Assembly (NCBI GenBank): GCA_963727825.1
Contig: CAVSHO010000009.1
Coordinates: 512,001-576,000 of the forward strand
Direction of reading: 5' to 3'
Origin: Ignavibacteriota bacterium
GTDB lineage: Bacteria; Bacteroidota; Ignavibacteria; UBA10030
DNA length: 64,000 nucleotides
Position numbers and translations under genes: made by a program. Within the stretch, counting starts at the first letter, position 1. Every line of letters starts with the position of its first letter. The notes below the pieces were generated by a model, which had not been told where the DNA came from, did not search any database, and was given only the letters and a program-made list of their open reading frames with translations. Shown in pieces: positions 55,401-64,000 of this stretch.

Positions 55401-55875
55401 TAAGTTTTTGAATCAATTCTCCAAACGAATATTCTTTGTTGATTTCTAACTTGATTGCACGCTCGGCAAATTGTATTGTTGACGGAAGCTTCGTTGTCAA
55501 CGCCTCTGCGGATGCAACGACAAGCACACTCTCGGAACGCGAAAGTGACCGAAGAGTTTCCATTTGTGCAATTGGCGCGCTCATATCAAGATTTATTGCG
55601 GCGTGTGAGGGCCCTGAAACGTATAATCGAACTTGATCATCGCCAAGAAGAGTTGCGCAATCATCGCGGAGTTGTTCTGCGTGGTCTCTATCTCTCACCA
55701 CAAGCATCATTTGCGTTTTTCGCAATTCAAAAAGATGCGCGGCTGCAAACGCAATTAACGAACCACTAATGCCTTGCAGTTGAACAGAAATTCCCGGCTG
55801 AAGCAATTTCAAGGTTGCTGTCAATTGCCGGAATGGTTCACTATCAGTAATTCGTTTTCTGATTTGTTCAATCAC
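52420..55875 (-). CDS. mfd: Transcription-repair coupling factor
   Basis: FAVRGGILD, GDFVVH..YGIG, CGDVGFGKT, IIDEEQRFG, QLRGRVGR, MRDLEIRGAG motifs. Confidence 0.97.
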   Translation of the reverse strand: MIEQIRKRITDSEPFRQLTATLKLLQPGISVQLQGISGSLIAFAAAHLFELRKTQMMLVVRDRDHAEQLRDDCATLLGDDQVRLYVSGPSHAAINLDMSAPIAQMETLRSLSRSESVLVVASAEALTTKLPSTIQFAERAIKLEINKEYSFGELIQKLTTMSFAKKDFVEEYGDFAVRGGILDIFPFVGDNPIRLEFWGDTVESIREFDVLSQRSIRELQIANIVASLHNDFADLSQSQVSVFEYLSSDALLLFDEPLLIEKEIEELQQEGYSNIFNWKMIEKNANAFVRYDHTIIQNFQSKICIDFQSHPQPPIAGSIKRLIEQVSKFSNQGNKVYLACDTKEEGERLDGLIEEELTAPNELEAGNQKTEAINQESEDIFQMQENVEKEKSQNENNVLPITYQLLPEALHSGFIYPPANIVIFTEHEIFGRLKRRGTAKRKMFKGFTQKELQQLKRGDFVVHQDYGIGRFAGLQKIKVHGIETEVMKLVYEENDALYVHLNFINRVQKYSSQEGHTPKLSKLGGADWDRLKLRARKKIKDIARDLIKLYARRKHEQGFAFASDTHWQKEMEASFLYEDTPDQAKSTLDVKQDMEQPSPMDRLICGDVGFGKTEVAVRAAFKAVMNGKQVAVLVPTTILAHQHFHTFLDRIGRYSVRVESLTRFRPKNEQKKVLEALKEGKVDILIGTHRLLSKDVVFKDLGLLIIDEEQRFGVTSKEKLRQLRASVDTLTLTATPIPRTLQFSLMGARDLSLINTPPRNRIPIQTEIAQFDLQLIHEVIMKELHRSGQVYFVHDRIQNIDLIRTMLEEHVPKARIHVAHGQMKGHELEKAMMDFLEKKYDVLLCTKIIESGIDIPSVNTIIINRADRFGLAELYQLRGRVGRSNIQAYAYLLTPPLSILPHVTLRRLQAIQEFTELGSGFNLAMRDLEIRGAGNLLGGEQSGFILEMGFEMYQRVVEEAVAELKEDEFNDLVEKKIGDRTKIKIETVIETDIEALIPDIYIEHDAERLDIYRRLYRCELLEDVNIMRAELKDRFGEYPEEVEHLFQQIELKVIALKTSFIKVKLEGEVITLHFPPPEVKAYYEDDEAPFQNIMQRIHELKPFHPHLNQTGKQLILTAKIKFNGNQKERLNAVRAFLEKLVLLSQPPSKQM

Positions 55876-56011
55876 ATGGCAAGCTTTCCATTATCAACAT
55901 TTCAGCTTCTGTTCTTCCAGAATACACCTCACCCCGATCATCTCAGAATTTCCGGACAATCAGGGTCAATAAAAGCTACCGAAAAGTCGGGCGACATTCA
56001 AACACTACAAT

Positions 56012-56053
56012 AAAAAAGCCGTTCTTTCCGGTATTTATCGGATCAGAACGGTT
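56012..56053 (-). terminator. Rho-independent terminator upstream of mfd
   Basis: aaaaaagccgttct...agaacggtt stem, with a T-run on the minus strand. Confidence 0.55.
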
Positions 56054-56417
56054 CCGCATCTAACACACGTGACCGATTATTTCTTATCCTTTATATTTGT
56101 CTCTTCCTTAACGGTTTTCTTTTCTATACGTTTCTTCCTATCTTTTTTCACACTCTGCCGTGCTGTTCATAGCACATTTATCTTTTTTCTCCTGTTCACA
56201 TTTTGCGGTAAATGTTGCTTTCTTGTGAAGTCAAGTCTTCTTCAGCTTGTTATTAAGATAGAGGAAAACCTCTTAATCTCTAAAGTGATTTAATGATGCA
56301 TTTTGCTTTACTTTTTTGTAGATTTTCACAAAACAAACTCGCTTTGCTGTGGGGAGCACTATCATTTAGACATCCTAACACATCGCTTAAACAATATAAA
56401 TTTTTGAAAGCGATTAT

Positions 56418-57128
56418 ATGCCATCTTCTGATTCATCGAATGTATTGAGATTCCGATACAAGTTTCAATTTGAAAACGGAGAAGAGAAGTTGTTCGAGGT
56501 ATTGCTTAACGAGCAAACGCTTCACGTAATCCAAAGTTCAACTGTAAGCAATCCCGAATGGACCAAGCTTAAATATCACCAATGCACAAACTGTCCGCTG
56601 AAGGATGATGTTGTATACTGTCCGATAGCGGTAACCATAGCGCATCTCATCGACGAATTTAAGTTCTCAACTTCGTATGATAAAACGTGGGTAGTAGTGG
56701 AAACACCGGAACGCACGTATGCTCAGGAGACAACGGTGCAAAACGGTCTTAGCGCCATTCTCGGAATCTATATGGTTACAAGCGATTGTCCTGTTCTTGA
56801 TTATTTACGACCGATGGTGCGCTTTCATCTTCCGTTCGCAACGACAGATGAAACTGTATTCCGCGCTGTATCGATGTACTTGGTAGCGCAGTATTTTCGT
56901 GAACGCGAAGGACTTGAACCGAATTGGAATTTAGAAGGGCTCGTAAATATCTACAAGGAGATTGGAATCGTGAACAAAGGTATCTGGAACCGCCTTTCCA
57001 AGGCTTCCAGCTTCGACGCTAATGTGAATGCATTAATAGTACTGAGCACGTTTGGCGATGCTGTGCGGTTCTCACTAAAGAAAGACTTAGAAAATCTCTC
57101 TAAGCTATTTACTAAATACATGGAGTAA
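56418..57128 (+). CDS. DUF6901-like conserved hypothetical protein
   Basis: WTKLKYHQCTNCPL, VETPERTY, SDCP..LRPMVRFHLPFAT..ET motifs. Confidence 0.7.
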   Translation: MPSSDSSNVLRFRYKFQFENGEEKLFEVLLNEQTLHVIQSSTVSNPEWTKLKYHQCTNCPLKDDVVYCPIAVTIAHLIDEFKFSTSYDKTWVVVETPERTYAQETTVQNGLSAILGIYMVTSDCPVLDYLRPMVRFHLPFATTDETVFRAVSMYLVAQYFREREGLEPNWNLEGLVNIYKEIGIVNKGIWNRLSKASSFDANVNALIVLSTFGDAVRFSLKKDLENLSKLFTKYME

Positions 57129-57342
57129 CGATTTGTAATTGCGTATTTGTGATATTTTAGCGGCTTAATATGAGAAATATTCTTCGGTCGTGTACGGCAA
57201 AGCAGAAGTATTTTTGAATAACCATAAGTAAGTATTGCATCTCGAAATTCTTTACGTATATTTGCAGATATAGAAAACAAAATTCTTGAACACGAAATAC
57301 ATTGATAAATAATAATCGTTTACCCATATACAGGAGGTTTAA

Positions 57343-58479
57343 ATGAAATCCATTTTTCGATTTGCAGTAGCAGTCATCTTTGTGCTGGTACTCGCTAGCG
57401 GTATAACATTCGCACAGGATTTACAGCAACAAATATCAAAGTTAGGCCAACAAGCTGCAATCGGTTATGTTTCTCCAATTTTGAACGGTTGGGGTAATGA
57501 TTTGAATTCAGGGATTTATTACTCAGCAGATTTGCATGACGCTCTCGGTTTCGACATTGGAGTAAAGTTGGCCATGTCAAGGACCACTGATGCAGATAAA
57601 TCATATACTCTTAATCTTCCGGCTGCAATAAATATAGACAAGTCATCATTAACTTATACACAACCTGCTGGGGCTTCATTATATGAAAAAGTTGGGAATA
57701 ACTATGTGCTTTATACAAATAGTGAAGTTCAGGTAAAATCTGGCAACGCATATGACCCTTCAATAACTGCTCCAACAGCAATAGGCGATAAAAATAGTGT
57801 CGTTGTAAAAGGTAAATCCGGAACAACTGTCTATTCGGTCAATGGAAATCCGCTGTATGCTGGTGCGGGTGGAGTTTACACTCAATTACCCAATTTCAAT
57901 CTTAGCAATAATACACTTTTTGTACTCCCTGGTGGGTATAACTTGGGCTCATTGGGTGTACCTTTACCTATGCCACAATTAAATTTAGGTTTACCGTTTG
58001 GTTTAGAGGTTATGCTTCGTTATTTCCCAACAACCGCCTACCAAGATTATGGAAAATTTGCCTATATGGGTTTTGGGCTTCGATACGACATCGACCAGTG
58101 GATTCCTATGTGTCCAGTTGATATTGCCGTTCATTTCATGACACAAAAATTAACTTTCAAATCAAGCAGTGATCAAGATATTTTTACAGGCAAGGCGACT
58201 GCATACGGAGTTGAAGTGAGCAAGAAACTTTTCATTCTTACATTATATGGCGGCTTCCAAATGGAAAGTTCTACATTGACAGTTGCAGACTATGCATACT
58301 CAGGGAATGATCCAACCTTGCAGGGAGTAGATATACCTGGATTTGAGGTGAAGGGGAATGATAAATCACGCTTTACTGTCGGTGCTCGATTGTTGTTACT
58401 TTTCATTAATGTTCACGCAGATTATAGTTTTTCTTCAACTTCAGTCCTGACTCTTGGTGCCGGCATTACCATACGCTAA
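57343..58479 (+). CDS. DUF6588-like outer-membrane protein
   Basis: Signal peptide; P.PQLNLGLPFGLEVMLRYFP, GFGLRYDIDQW; beta-strand C-terminus; AGGAGG RBS. Confidence 0.72.
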   Translation: MKSIFRFAVAVIFVLVLASGITFAQDLQQQISKLGQQAAIGYVSPILNGWGNDLNSGIYYSADLHDALGFDIGVKLAMSRTTDADKSYTLNLPAAINIDKSSLTYTQPAGASLYEKVGNNYVLYTNSEVQVKSGNAYDPSITAPTAIGDKNSVVVKGKSGTTVYSVNGNPLYAGAGGVYTQLPNFNLSNNTLFVLPGGYNLGSLGVPLPMPQLNLGLPFGLEVMLRYFPTTAYQDYGKFAYMGFGLRYDIDQWIPMCPVDIAVHFMTQKLTFKSSSDQDIFTGKATAYGVEVSKKLFILTLYGGFQMESSTLTVADYAYSGNDPTLQGVDIPGFEVKGNDKSRFTVGARLLLLFINVHADYSFSSTSVLTLGAGITIR

Positions 58480-58501
58480 ATGTAATTCTGTTTATCTCAT
58501 T

Positions 58502-58535
58502 AAAAGCTGACCCTTCACGAGGATCAGCTTTTTTT
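58502..58535 (+). terminator. Rho-independent terminator
   Basis: aaaagctgaccct-tcacg-aggatcagc followed by a T-run. Confidence 0.75.
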
Positions 58536-58554
58536 ATTGCAAAAATGAACTTTG

Positions 58555-58604
58555 AACCTTCCGAAAGTTTTCTTTGTTTAGACGCTGGCAACTTTCGGAA
58601 GGGT
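58555..58604. repeat. REP-like inverted repeat
   Basis: aaccttccgaaagtt ... aactttcggaagggt (14/15 inverted match). Confidence 0.65.
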
Positions 58605-58728
58605 GGCTTTTTATTTCTCAAAAAAATTCCGTATCTTGTTATCGCCTCAGAAAGTAAGTAGAGACTGGGGCATTTTTATTTATTCAAGGTCGGGATCACA
58701 TCTCGACCTGCGCTTTTTGAAAGGTAAA

Positions 58729-60579
58729 ATGCAAGAAGTAACACATATACGCAACATAGCTATAATCGCACACGTTGATCACGGCAAGACAACGCTTGTG
58801 GATTTTATGCTGCGACAAACAGGAACATTCCGTGCCAACCAGGATATGGGCACGCGGGTAATGGATTCCAATGATTTAGAGCGCGAACGTGGCATTACAA
58901 TTTTAGCAAAGAATACTGCCGTGTTGTATAAAGAACCTAAATCCGGCGAGATTTATAAAATTAATATTGTAGACACACCAGGCCATTCTGATTTTGCAGG
59001 TGAAGTTGAACGCACATTAAAAATGGTTGATGGCGTTCTCTTGCTGGTAGATGCCGCCGAAGGTCCTTTGCCCGGAACAAAGTTCGTGCTTAAGAAATCG
59101 CTTGATCTCAATTTGCTTCCCATAGTTGTCATAAACAAAATTGATCGCAAAGATGCACGAGCGCATCAAGTATTAGATGAAGTGTTCGAGCTGTTTCTTT
59201 CACTCGGCGCACATGACCAACAGTTAGATTTTCCGACGATTTATTGTATTGCAAAGCAGGGAATCGCAAAAAACGAATTAGAAGATGAAAGCACAAATCT
59301 TGAACCGCTCTTTGAAGCAATTATAAAGTATATTCCTGCGCCCAGCGGCGATACACAAGGACCGTTCCAGATGCTGGTAACAACTATTGACTACAACGAC
59401 TATTTAGGTCGTCTTGGAATTGGAAGAGTTTCGCGCGGCAAAATTCGGCTCGGTTCTCCGATGAAAATCGTTCATCGTGATGGTTTGGTAGATGATGCAC
59501 GCGTAACAAAAATTTACACTTTTCAAGGATTGAAACGCACTGAAGTGGAAGAAGCAGGTACGGGCGAAATTATCGCTGTTGCAGGCATGGAAGATGTCGA
59601 TATTGGCGAAACTATTGCCGATGCTTCTGATCCGACGCCATTGTCTTTCGTTGCTATCGAAGAGCCAACGCTTTCGATGAATTTTATAGTCAACAACTCA
59701 CCTTTTGCAGGGTTGGATGGTAAGTATGTTACAACACGCCATCTTGGTGATCGTTTAGCGCGAGAACTTCGTTCAAATGTTAGTTTGCGTGTGGAATTGA
59801 CAGACTCGCCGGATATATTCAAAGTGAGCGGCAGAGGTGAATTGCATCTTGGTATTCTTATTGAAACCATGCGGCGTGAAGGATATGAATTTCAGGTCTC
59901 GCGCCCTGAAGTAATACTCAAACGCATTGCCGATGTCGTTTGCGAACCTATTGAGCACGTCATCATCGATGTACCCGACGAACACGTCGGGGTGGTAATC
60001 GAAAATCTTGGAAAGCGCAAAGGCGAAATGCGGCAAATGGTGCAGAGTCAGGGTAACACGCGGTTGGAATTTCTTGTGCCTTCGCGCGGACTGATTGGAT
60101 TCCGTTCAGAATTTATGACCCAAACCAAGGGTACCGGCATTATGCATCATATTTTTCACGGCTACGAACCGTTCAAAGGCGAATTGTCCCACCGAACACG
60201 CGGCGCATTGATTGTTTTAGAAGATGGCGAGTCGGTCGCGTATGGCATGTGGAAACTACAGGAACGTTCCACGTTCTTCATCGAACCTGGTGTTCGAGTC
60301 TATGCCGGAATGATTGTAGGTGAAAATTCCCGCGAGTACGATATGGTAGTTAATGTCTGCAAGACAAAACAATTGACAAATATGCGTGCTTCCGGTTCAG
60401 ACGAAGCAGTTCGTCTTGAGCCACCGCGGAATCTTACACTTGAACAGGCAATCGAATGGATTGGCGAAGACGAATATGTTGAAGTCACGCCCAAGTCTAT
60501 GCGTCTACGTAAAAAATATTTGGATCACAACGAGCGTAATCGTATGTCCAGGAAGAAAGCGGAAACGATAGAAGATTGA
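58729..60579 (+). CDS. typA: Translational GTPase TypA/BipA
   Basis: IRNIAIIAHVDHGKTT, ERGITILAK, SGRGELHL and KQLTNMRASG motifs. Confidence 0.96.
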   Translation: MQEVTHIRNIAIIAHVDHGKTTLVDFMLRQTGTFRANQDMGTRVMDSNDLERERGITILAKNTAVLYKEPKSGEIYKINIVDTPGHSDFAGEVERTLKMVDGVLLLVDAAEGPLPGTKFVLKKSLDLNLLPIVVINKIDRKDARAHQVLDEVFELFLSLGAHDQQLDFPTIYCIAKQGIAKNELEDESTNLEPLFEAIIKYIPAPSGDTQGPFQMLVTTIDYNDYLGRLGIGRVSRGKIRLGSPMKIVHRDGLVDDARVTKIYTFQGLKRTEVEEAGTGEIIAVAGMEDVDIGETIADASDPTPLSFVAIEEPTLSMNFIVNNSPFAGLDGKYVTTRHLGDRLARELRSNVSLRVELTDSPDIFKVSGRGELHLGILIETMRREGYEFQVSRPEVILKRIADVVCEPIEHVIIDVPDEHVGVVIENLGKRKGEMRQMVQSQGNTRLEFLVPSRGLIGFRSEFMTQTKGTGIMHHIFHGYEPFKGELSHRTRGALIVLEDGESVAYGMWKLQERSTFFIEPGVRVYAGMIVGENSREYDMVVNVCKTKQLTNMRASGSDEAVRLEPPRNLTLEQAIEWIGEDEYVEVTPKSMRLRKKYLDHNERNRMSRKKAETIED

Positions 60580-60695
60580 AGGTTAGAGATTTGGTGATTG
60601 CACAATTTGAAATTGTTTAATTGCCTGTTGTTCATTGCTGTCTTCTGTTTCTTGAATTCTATTTTCTAAATTTTGACTTCTGAGTTTCATCTAAA

Positions 60696-61865
60696 ATGTT
60701 CTCTTCCCGCACAAAGTGGAATATGGTTCCCAATCAACTCTCCGAATTGGTTGTGGCAAAACAACAACGCGGCGAGGTTATTACTGACCTGACAGAATCA
60801 AATCCTACTTGTTGCGGATTCTCCTATCCCGAAAAAGAAGTTCTCGCCGCTCTGGCCGATAAATCATCATTGTTGTATCAACCGGAGCCACACGGACTTC
60901 TCATTGCACGCGAGGCAATAGCAAAATACTACGCATCGTTTGGTGTCACAGTAAGACCAGAAAATATATTGCTTACTGCGAGCACAAGTGAAGCTTATTC
61001 GTTTCTTTTCAAACTCCTTTGTAATGCTGGCGATGCAATAATCGTTCCTCAACCAAGTTATCCGCTATTCGAATATCTTTGTCAGCTTAACGATGTCGTA
61101 CTACAACATTATTGTCTGGCGTATGATGGCGAGTGGCATATTGATTTCGAATCACTCCAATCGACTTTCACAGACCGTACACGCGCCATTGTTATCGTTC
61201 ATCCAAATAATCCAACTGGTTCATACTTAAAGCAAAACGAATTTGAGCTGGTGTGCACATTTGCCGCTGAACACAACTGCTCTATTATTGCTGATGAAGT
61301 ATTCGGACCTTATAATTTTTCCTCAGACCCTAACAGGGCAAGTATCTCAACATCGAATACTTCTATTCTATCTTTTTCGCTCAATGGTATCTCAAAACTT
61401 CTGGGACTTCCGCAATTAAAACTCTCCTGGATTGTTGTTCGTGGCAATTCTCAACAGACAGATGAAGCGCTGAGCCGGCTTGATATTATTGCCGATACGT
61501 TTCTCTCCGTCAACACGCCTGTTCAAGTAGCGCTGCCAAAACTTTTTGAGCACTCACAATTCATCAGAGAACAAATCCGCACGCGAGTACACTCTAATTA
61601 TCACTTACTCCAAAAAAATCTTAAAGATTCGGAGGTTTCGGTGTTTCATTCAGAGGGCGGATGGTATGCCATTCTTCAACTTCCACAATTCCAAACAGAC
61701 GAAGAATGGGCAGTTGAATTACTACGTCAACAAAATATTCTTGTTTATCCCGGGCATTTTTTTGATATAAAGCAAAAGTCCTGCATAGTAATTAGTTTGC
61801 TGCCTACTTCGGAACTCTTTACCAATGCTTTATTACAAATTCGATCGATTATCGAACAATTGTAG
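60696..61865 (+). CDS. PLP-dependent aminotransferase class I/II
   Basis: HPNNPTG, IIADEVF, NGISK and YPGHFF motifs. Confidence 0.9.
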   Translation: MFSSRTKWNMVPNQLSELVVAKQQRGEVITDLTESNPTCCGFSYPEKEVLAALADKSSLLYQPEPHGLLIAREAIAKYYASFGVTVRPENILLTASTSEAYSFLFKLLCNAGDAIIVPQPSYPLFEYLCQLNDVVLQHYCLAYDGEWHIDFESLQSTFTDRTRAIVIVHPNNPTGSYLKQNEFELVCTFAAEHNCSIIADEVFGPYNFSSDPNRASISTSNTSILSFSLNGISKLLGLPQLKLSWIVVRGNSQQTDEALSRLDIIADTFLSVNTPVQVALPKLFEHSQFIREQIRTRVHSNYHLLQKNLKDSEVSVFHSEGGWYAILQLPQFQTDEEWAVELLRQQNILVYPGHFFDIKQKSCIVISLLPTSELFTNALLQIRSIIEQL

Positions 61866-62051
61866 CCATCCACGAATAGCGTAAGCCACGTTATGTCGAA
61901 AGTCATCGATATTTTGCGATTTAATTTTCACTCCCTTGACAGCTCTAAAACAACAGTTGACCATCATACAAAACATTTTTAGACGGAGGTTGACTCTTTT
62001 GGTTTTTTCGTCTACTTTCGTATGGATGTTTTTCATATAGGAGAATTTCTT

Positions 62052-63449
62052 ATGCCTTTGCCATTGCTGAAACCCGAAGAACGAAATGCCCGTGTTTCCG
62101 CTTTACTACACCAGGTGGATGAAGCTGTGAGAGCACAAAAGCTTGATGAGGCGCTGGATCGTATCCGTAAAGTTTATGAATTTGACATTAAGAACATCTA
62201 CGCCCGCGCATATGAAGAACGTATTCTCGTAATGATGATGGAGAAAGAGCGCGAGGTCACAATGCGGGAAGTAAAGCAACAAGCCGCAGAACAAATAGAT
62301 CAAGAGGTAAAGAAACGACTTAAAGATTTCTACAAACAACAAGAACTTGAGTCACAGAAGCGCAAACAAGAAGAAAAGACGGAACAAGCTTTGGAAGATC
62401 GTGCGCGTAAAGCATCAGTGAATGAAGTGCAGGAGGTAGCGCACAAAGATATTAATGCTATTGAAAAAGATACTGCGCGAAGAATTGAAGAGCTTGAAAA
62501 AAGATTGATTGCGCAATTTCAGCAAACAGCCCCGGCAACGTCTTTTATCGCTGCTGGAGCTGGTACCGACAGTATACGGACAGAGTACGAAGCAAAACTT
62601 CAACAATATAAGACCGCTGAAGAAGAGCGAAAGAAAATTCAGGAAGAAGCGTTCCTCAGAATGAAAGAGGAGCAGAAGCGCGCACAAGACGAATTGATAC
62701 ATCATATGGAAGAAGAGCGAGATGCGCTGTTAGAGCGTGAGCGCGAAAAGTCAAAACAGCGAGAACTTGATTCATACCGAACAACGATGAAATTGATGAT
62801 GCAGTTGGCTGCTCCTGCAGAAATACAGTCTTCACTGTTACAATCGCTTAAAATTTCATTCTCCATAAGCGACACAGAACATATGGAAGCAGAACGCTCT
62901 GTACAGGTAAATGCTTATGTTGATGCAGTGCGCAAACTCTGGCAAAGCGGTAATCCACCCGAGGAAGATTTAATGCATCTCAAAAATCTGCAGCAATTTT
63001 TTAATATATCAGATGATGAACATGTTTCTATTACAAAACGTACAAAAAAAGAATTGGGTATACCGGACGATACAGCTGTCATCGTTGTTATCGATGACGA
63101 TCCATCTATCCGTAAATATGTAGAGCATATTCTCAAGAAAACGTACAAGACCGTTATAACTGCAGCCACAGCGGAGACCGCTTTGCCGGAGATACAGAAA
63201 GTTACACCGTCTTTGATTATCAGCGACGTCAACCTGGGTGTTGGTATGATGAGCGGTTTCTCTTTTTATGAAAAAATTGCTGCCGGTACATACGGCGCAG
63301 AATTAAAAATTGTTCCGTACGTATTGATAAGTTCCCTGGAAGACGAGTTCTTTGTGCGAAGCGCCAAACAAATGGGCGTCAAAGCGTACCTGGCAAAACC
63401 GTTCACGCGTGAATCATTAGAAGCAACGGTGAAAAACGCACTTGTATAA
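62052..63449 (+). CDS. Response regulator: long helical/coiled-coil N-terminus with C-terminal receiver domain
   Basis: VIDDD, IISD, LISS and AKPF receiver motifs; E/K/Q/R-rich N-terminal two thirds. Confidence 0.82.
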   Translation: MPLPLLKPEERNARVSALLHQVDEAVRAQKLDEALDRIRKVYEFDIKNIYARAYEERILVMMMEKEREVTMREVKQQAAEQIDQEVKKRLKDFYKQQELESQKRKQEEKTEQALEDRARKASVNEVQEVAHKDINAIEKDTARRIEELEKRLIAQFQQTAPATSFIAAGAGTDSIRTEYEAKLQQYKTAEEERKKIQEEAFLRMKEEQKRAQDELIHHMEEERDALLEREREKSKQRELDSYRTTMKLMMQLAAPAEIQSSLLQSLKISFSISDTEHMEAERSVQVNAYVDAVRKLWQSGNPPEEDLMHLKNLQQFFNISDDEHVSITKRTKKELGIPDDTAVIVVIDDDPSIRKYVEHILKKTYKTVITAATAETALPEIQKVTPSLIISDVNLGVGMMSGFSFYEKIAAGTYGAELKIVPYVLISSLEDEFFVRSAKQMGVKAYLAKPFTRESLEATVKNALV

Positions 63450-63467
63450 TGGAGAGTATTTTATTGC

Positions 63468-64000
63468 ATGAATATTCTCCATGTCCTCTCTCAGTTTGAG
63501 GTAACTGGTGCGGAGGTGTATGCAGTTACACTTGCTTCTGCACAGCGACGTCACGGGCATTCAGTCACTCTCATTTCTGACACATTACACTTTCCTTACG
63601 AAGGCTGTGTCATCTCGCAGGCAATCGGAAACAGATCATACCTTCAACGATTACGGAACATAGCATTTCTTATTCATCTAATTCGAGAAAAAGACATTCA
63701 CATTGTGCATGGGCACTCGAGGGCGGCAAGCTGGGTATGCAATCTCGCAACACTCTTCACCGACAGACCGTTTGTTTCCACAGTACATGGTAGGCAGCAT
63801 TTGCATTTGAGCAGCAAAGCTTGGAGAATATACGGAAAGAATATTATCATGGTAAGTGAAAGTTTGAAAGAACATCTTGTTCAAGAGCTTCATTTAAATC
63901 ATAAACATATTTCAACTATTCCAAATGGTTTTGATACTGAACGCTGGATTAGCACGGCATCTGCACAGTCGGATTTAAATGTTTTCGGAGTGCCCCCTGA
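63468..64000 (+). CDS. Glycosyltransferase family 4 (partial, runs off window)
   Basis: Read by hand: MNILHVLSQFEVTGAEVYAVTLA..GHSV..IVHGHSR..STVHG..VSE..IPNGFD. Confidence 0.85.
   Translation, partial: MNILHVLSQFEVTGAEVYAVTLASAQRRHGHSVTLISDTLHFPYEGCVISQAIGNRSYLQRLRNIAFLIHLIREKDIHIVHGHSRAASWVCNLATLFTDRPFVSTVHGRQHLHLSSKAWRIYGKNIIMVSESLKEHLVQELHLNHKHISTIPNGFDTERWISTASAQSDLNVFGVPP

Noticed and set aside
58603-58728. Extended typA N-terminus in the track
   Set aside because: Homology starts at MQEVTHIRNIAII (58729); the extension runs through non-coding hairpin DNA.

Overview
64 kb of bacterial chromosome, moderately AT-rich. Gene content (DUF3078/DUF5683/DUF6588-like outer-membrane proteins, patatin-Omp85, TonB receptor, membrane SpoIIE phosphatases) suggests an Ignavibacteria/Bacteroidota-Chlorobi-group organism; this taxonomy is inferred. 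Most of the window is housekeeping and envelope genes: cdsA, GT9, parAB, ridA, lepA plus two lepB, mscL, acpS, aroQ, rsmA, mfd, typA, GT4. Two loci stand out. (1) 5.4-9.6 kb: an arginine-synthetase-type operon (arcE-like, OTC, carbamate kinase) ending in a PyrB-like transcarbamylase whose aspartate-site residues are changed (K84Y, Q231E). (2) 15.7-21.8 kb: an atypical chaperone-usher pilus locus with three DUF4402-like subunits, a chaperone, an usher-like protein ending in duplicated SPOR-like domains, and a small protein carrying a donor-strand-like N-terminus. Intergenic DNA holds several REP/REPIN-like palindromes and a TA-flanked MITE-like element. At least nine single-base frameshifts cluster at 17-35.5 kb, including in lepA, lepB and parA; these are most likely assembly errors. 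All family assignments come from motif recognition, not database searches.
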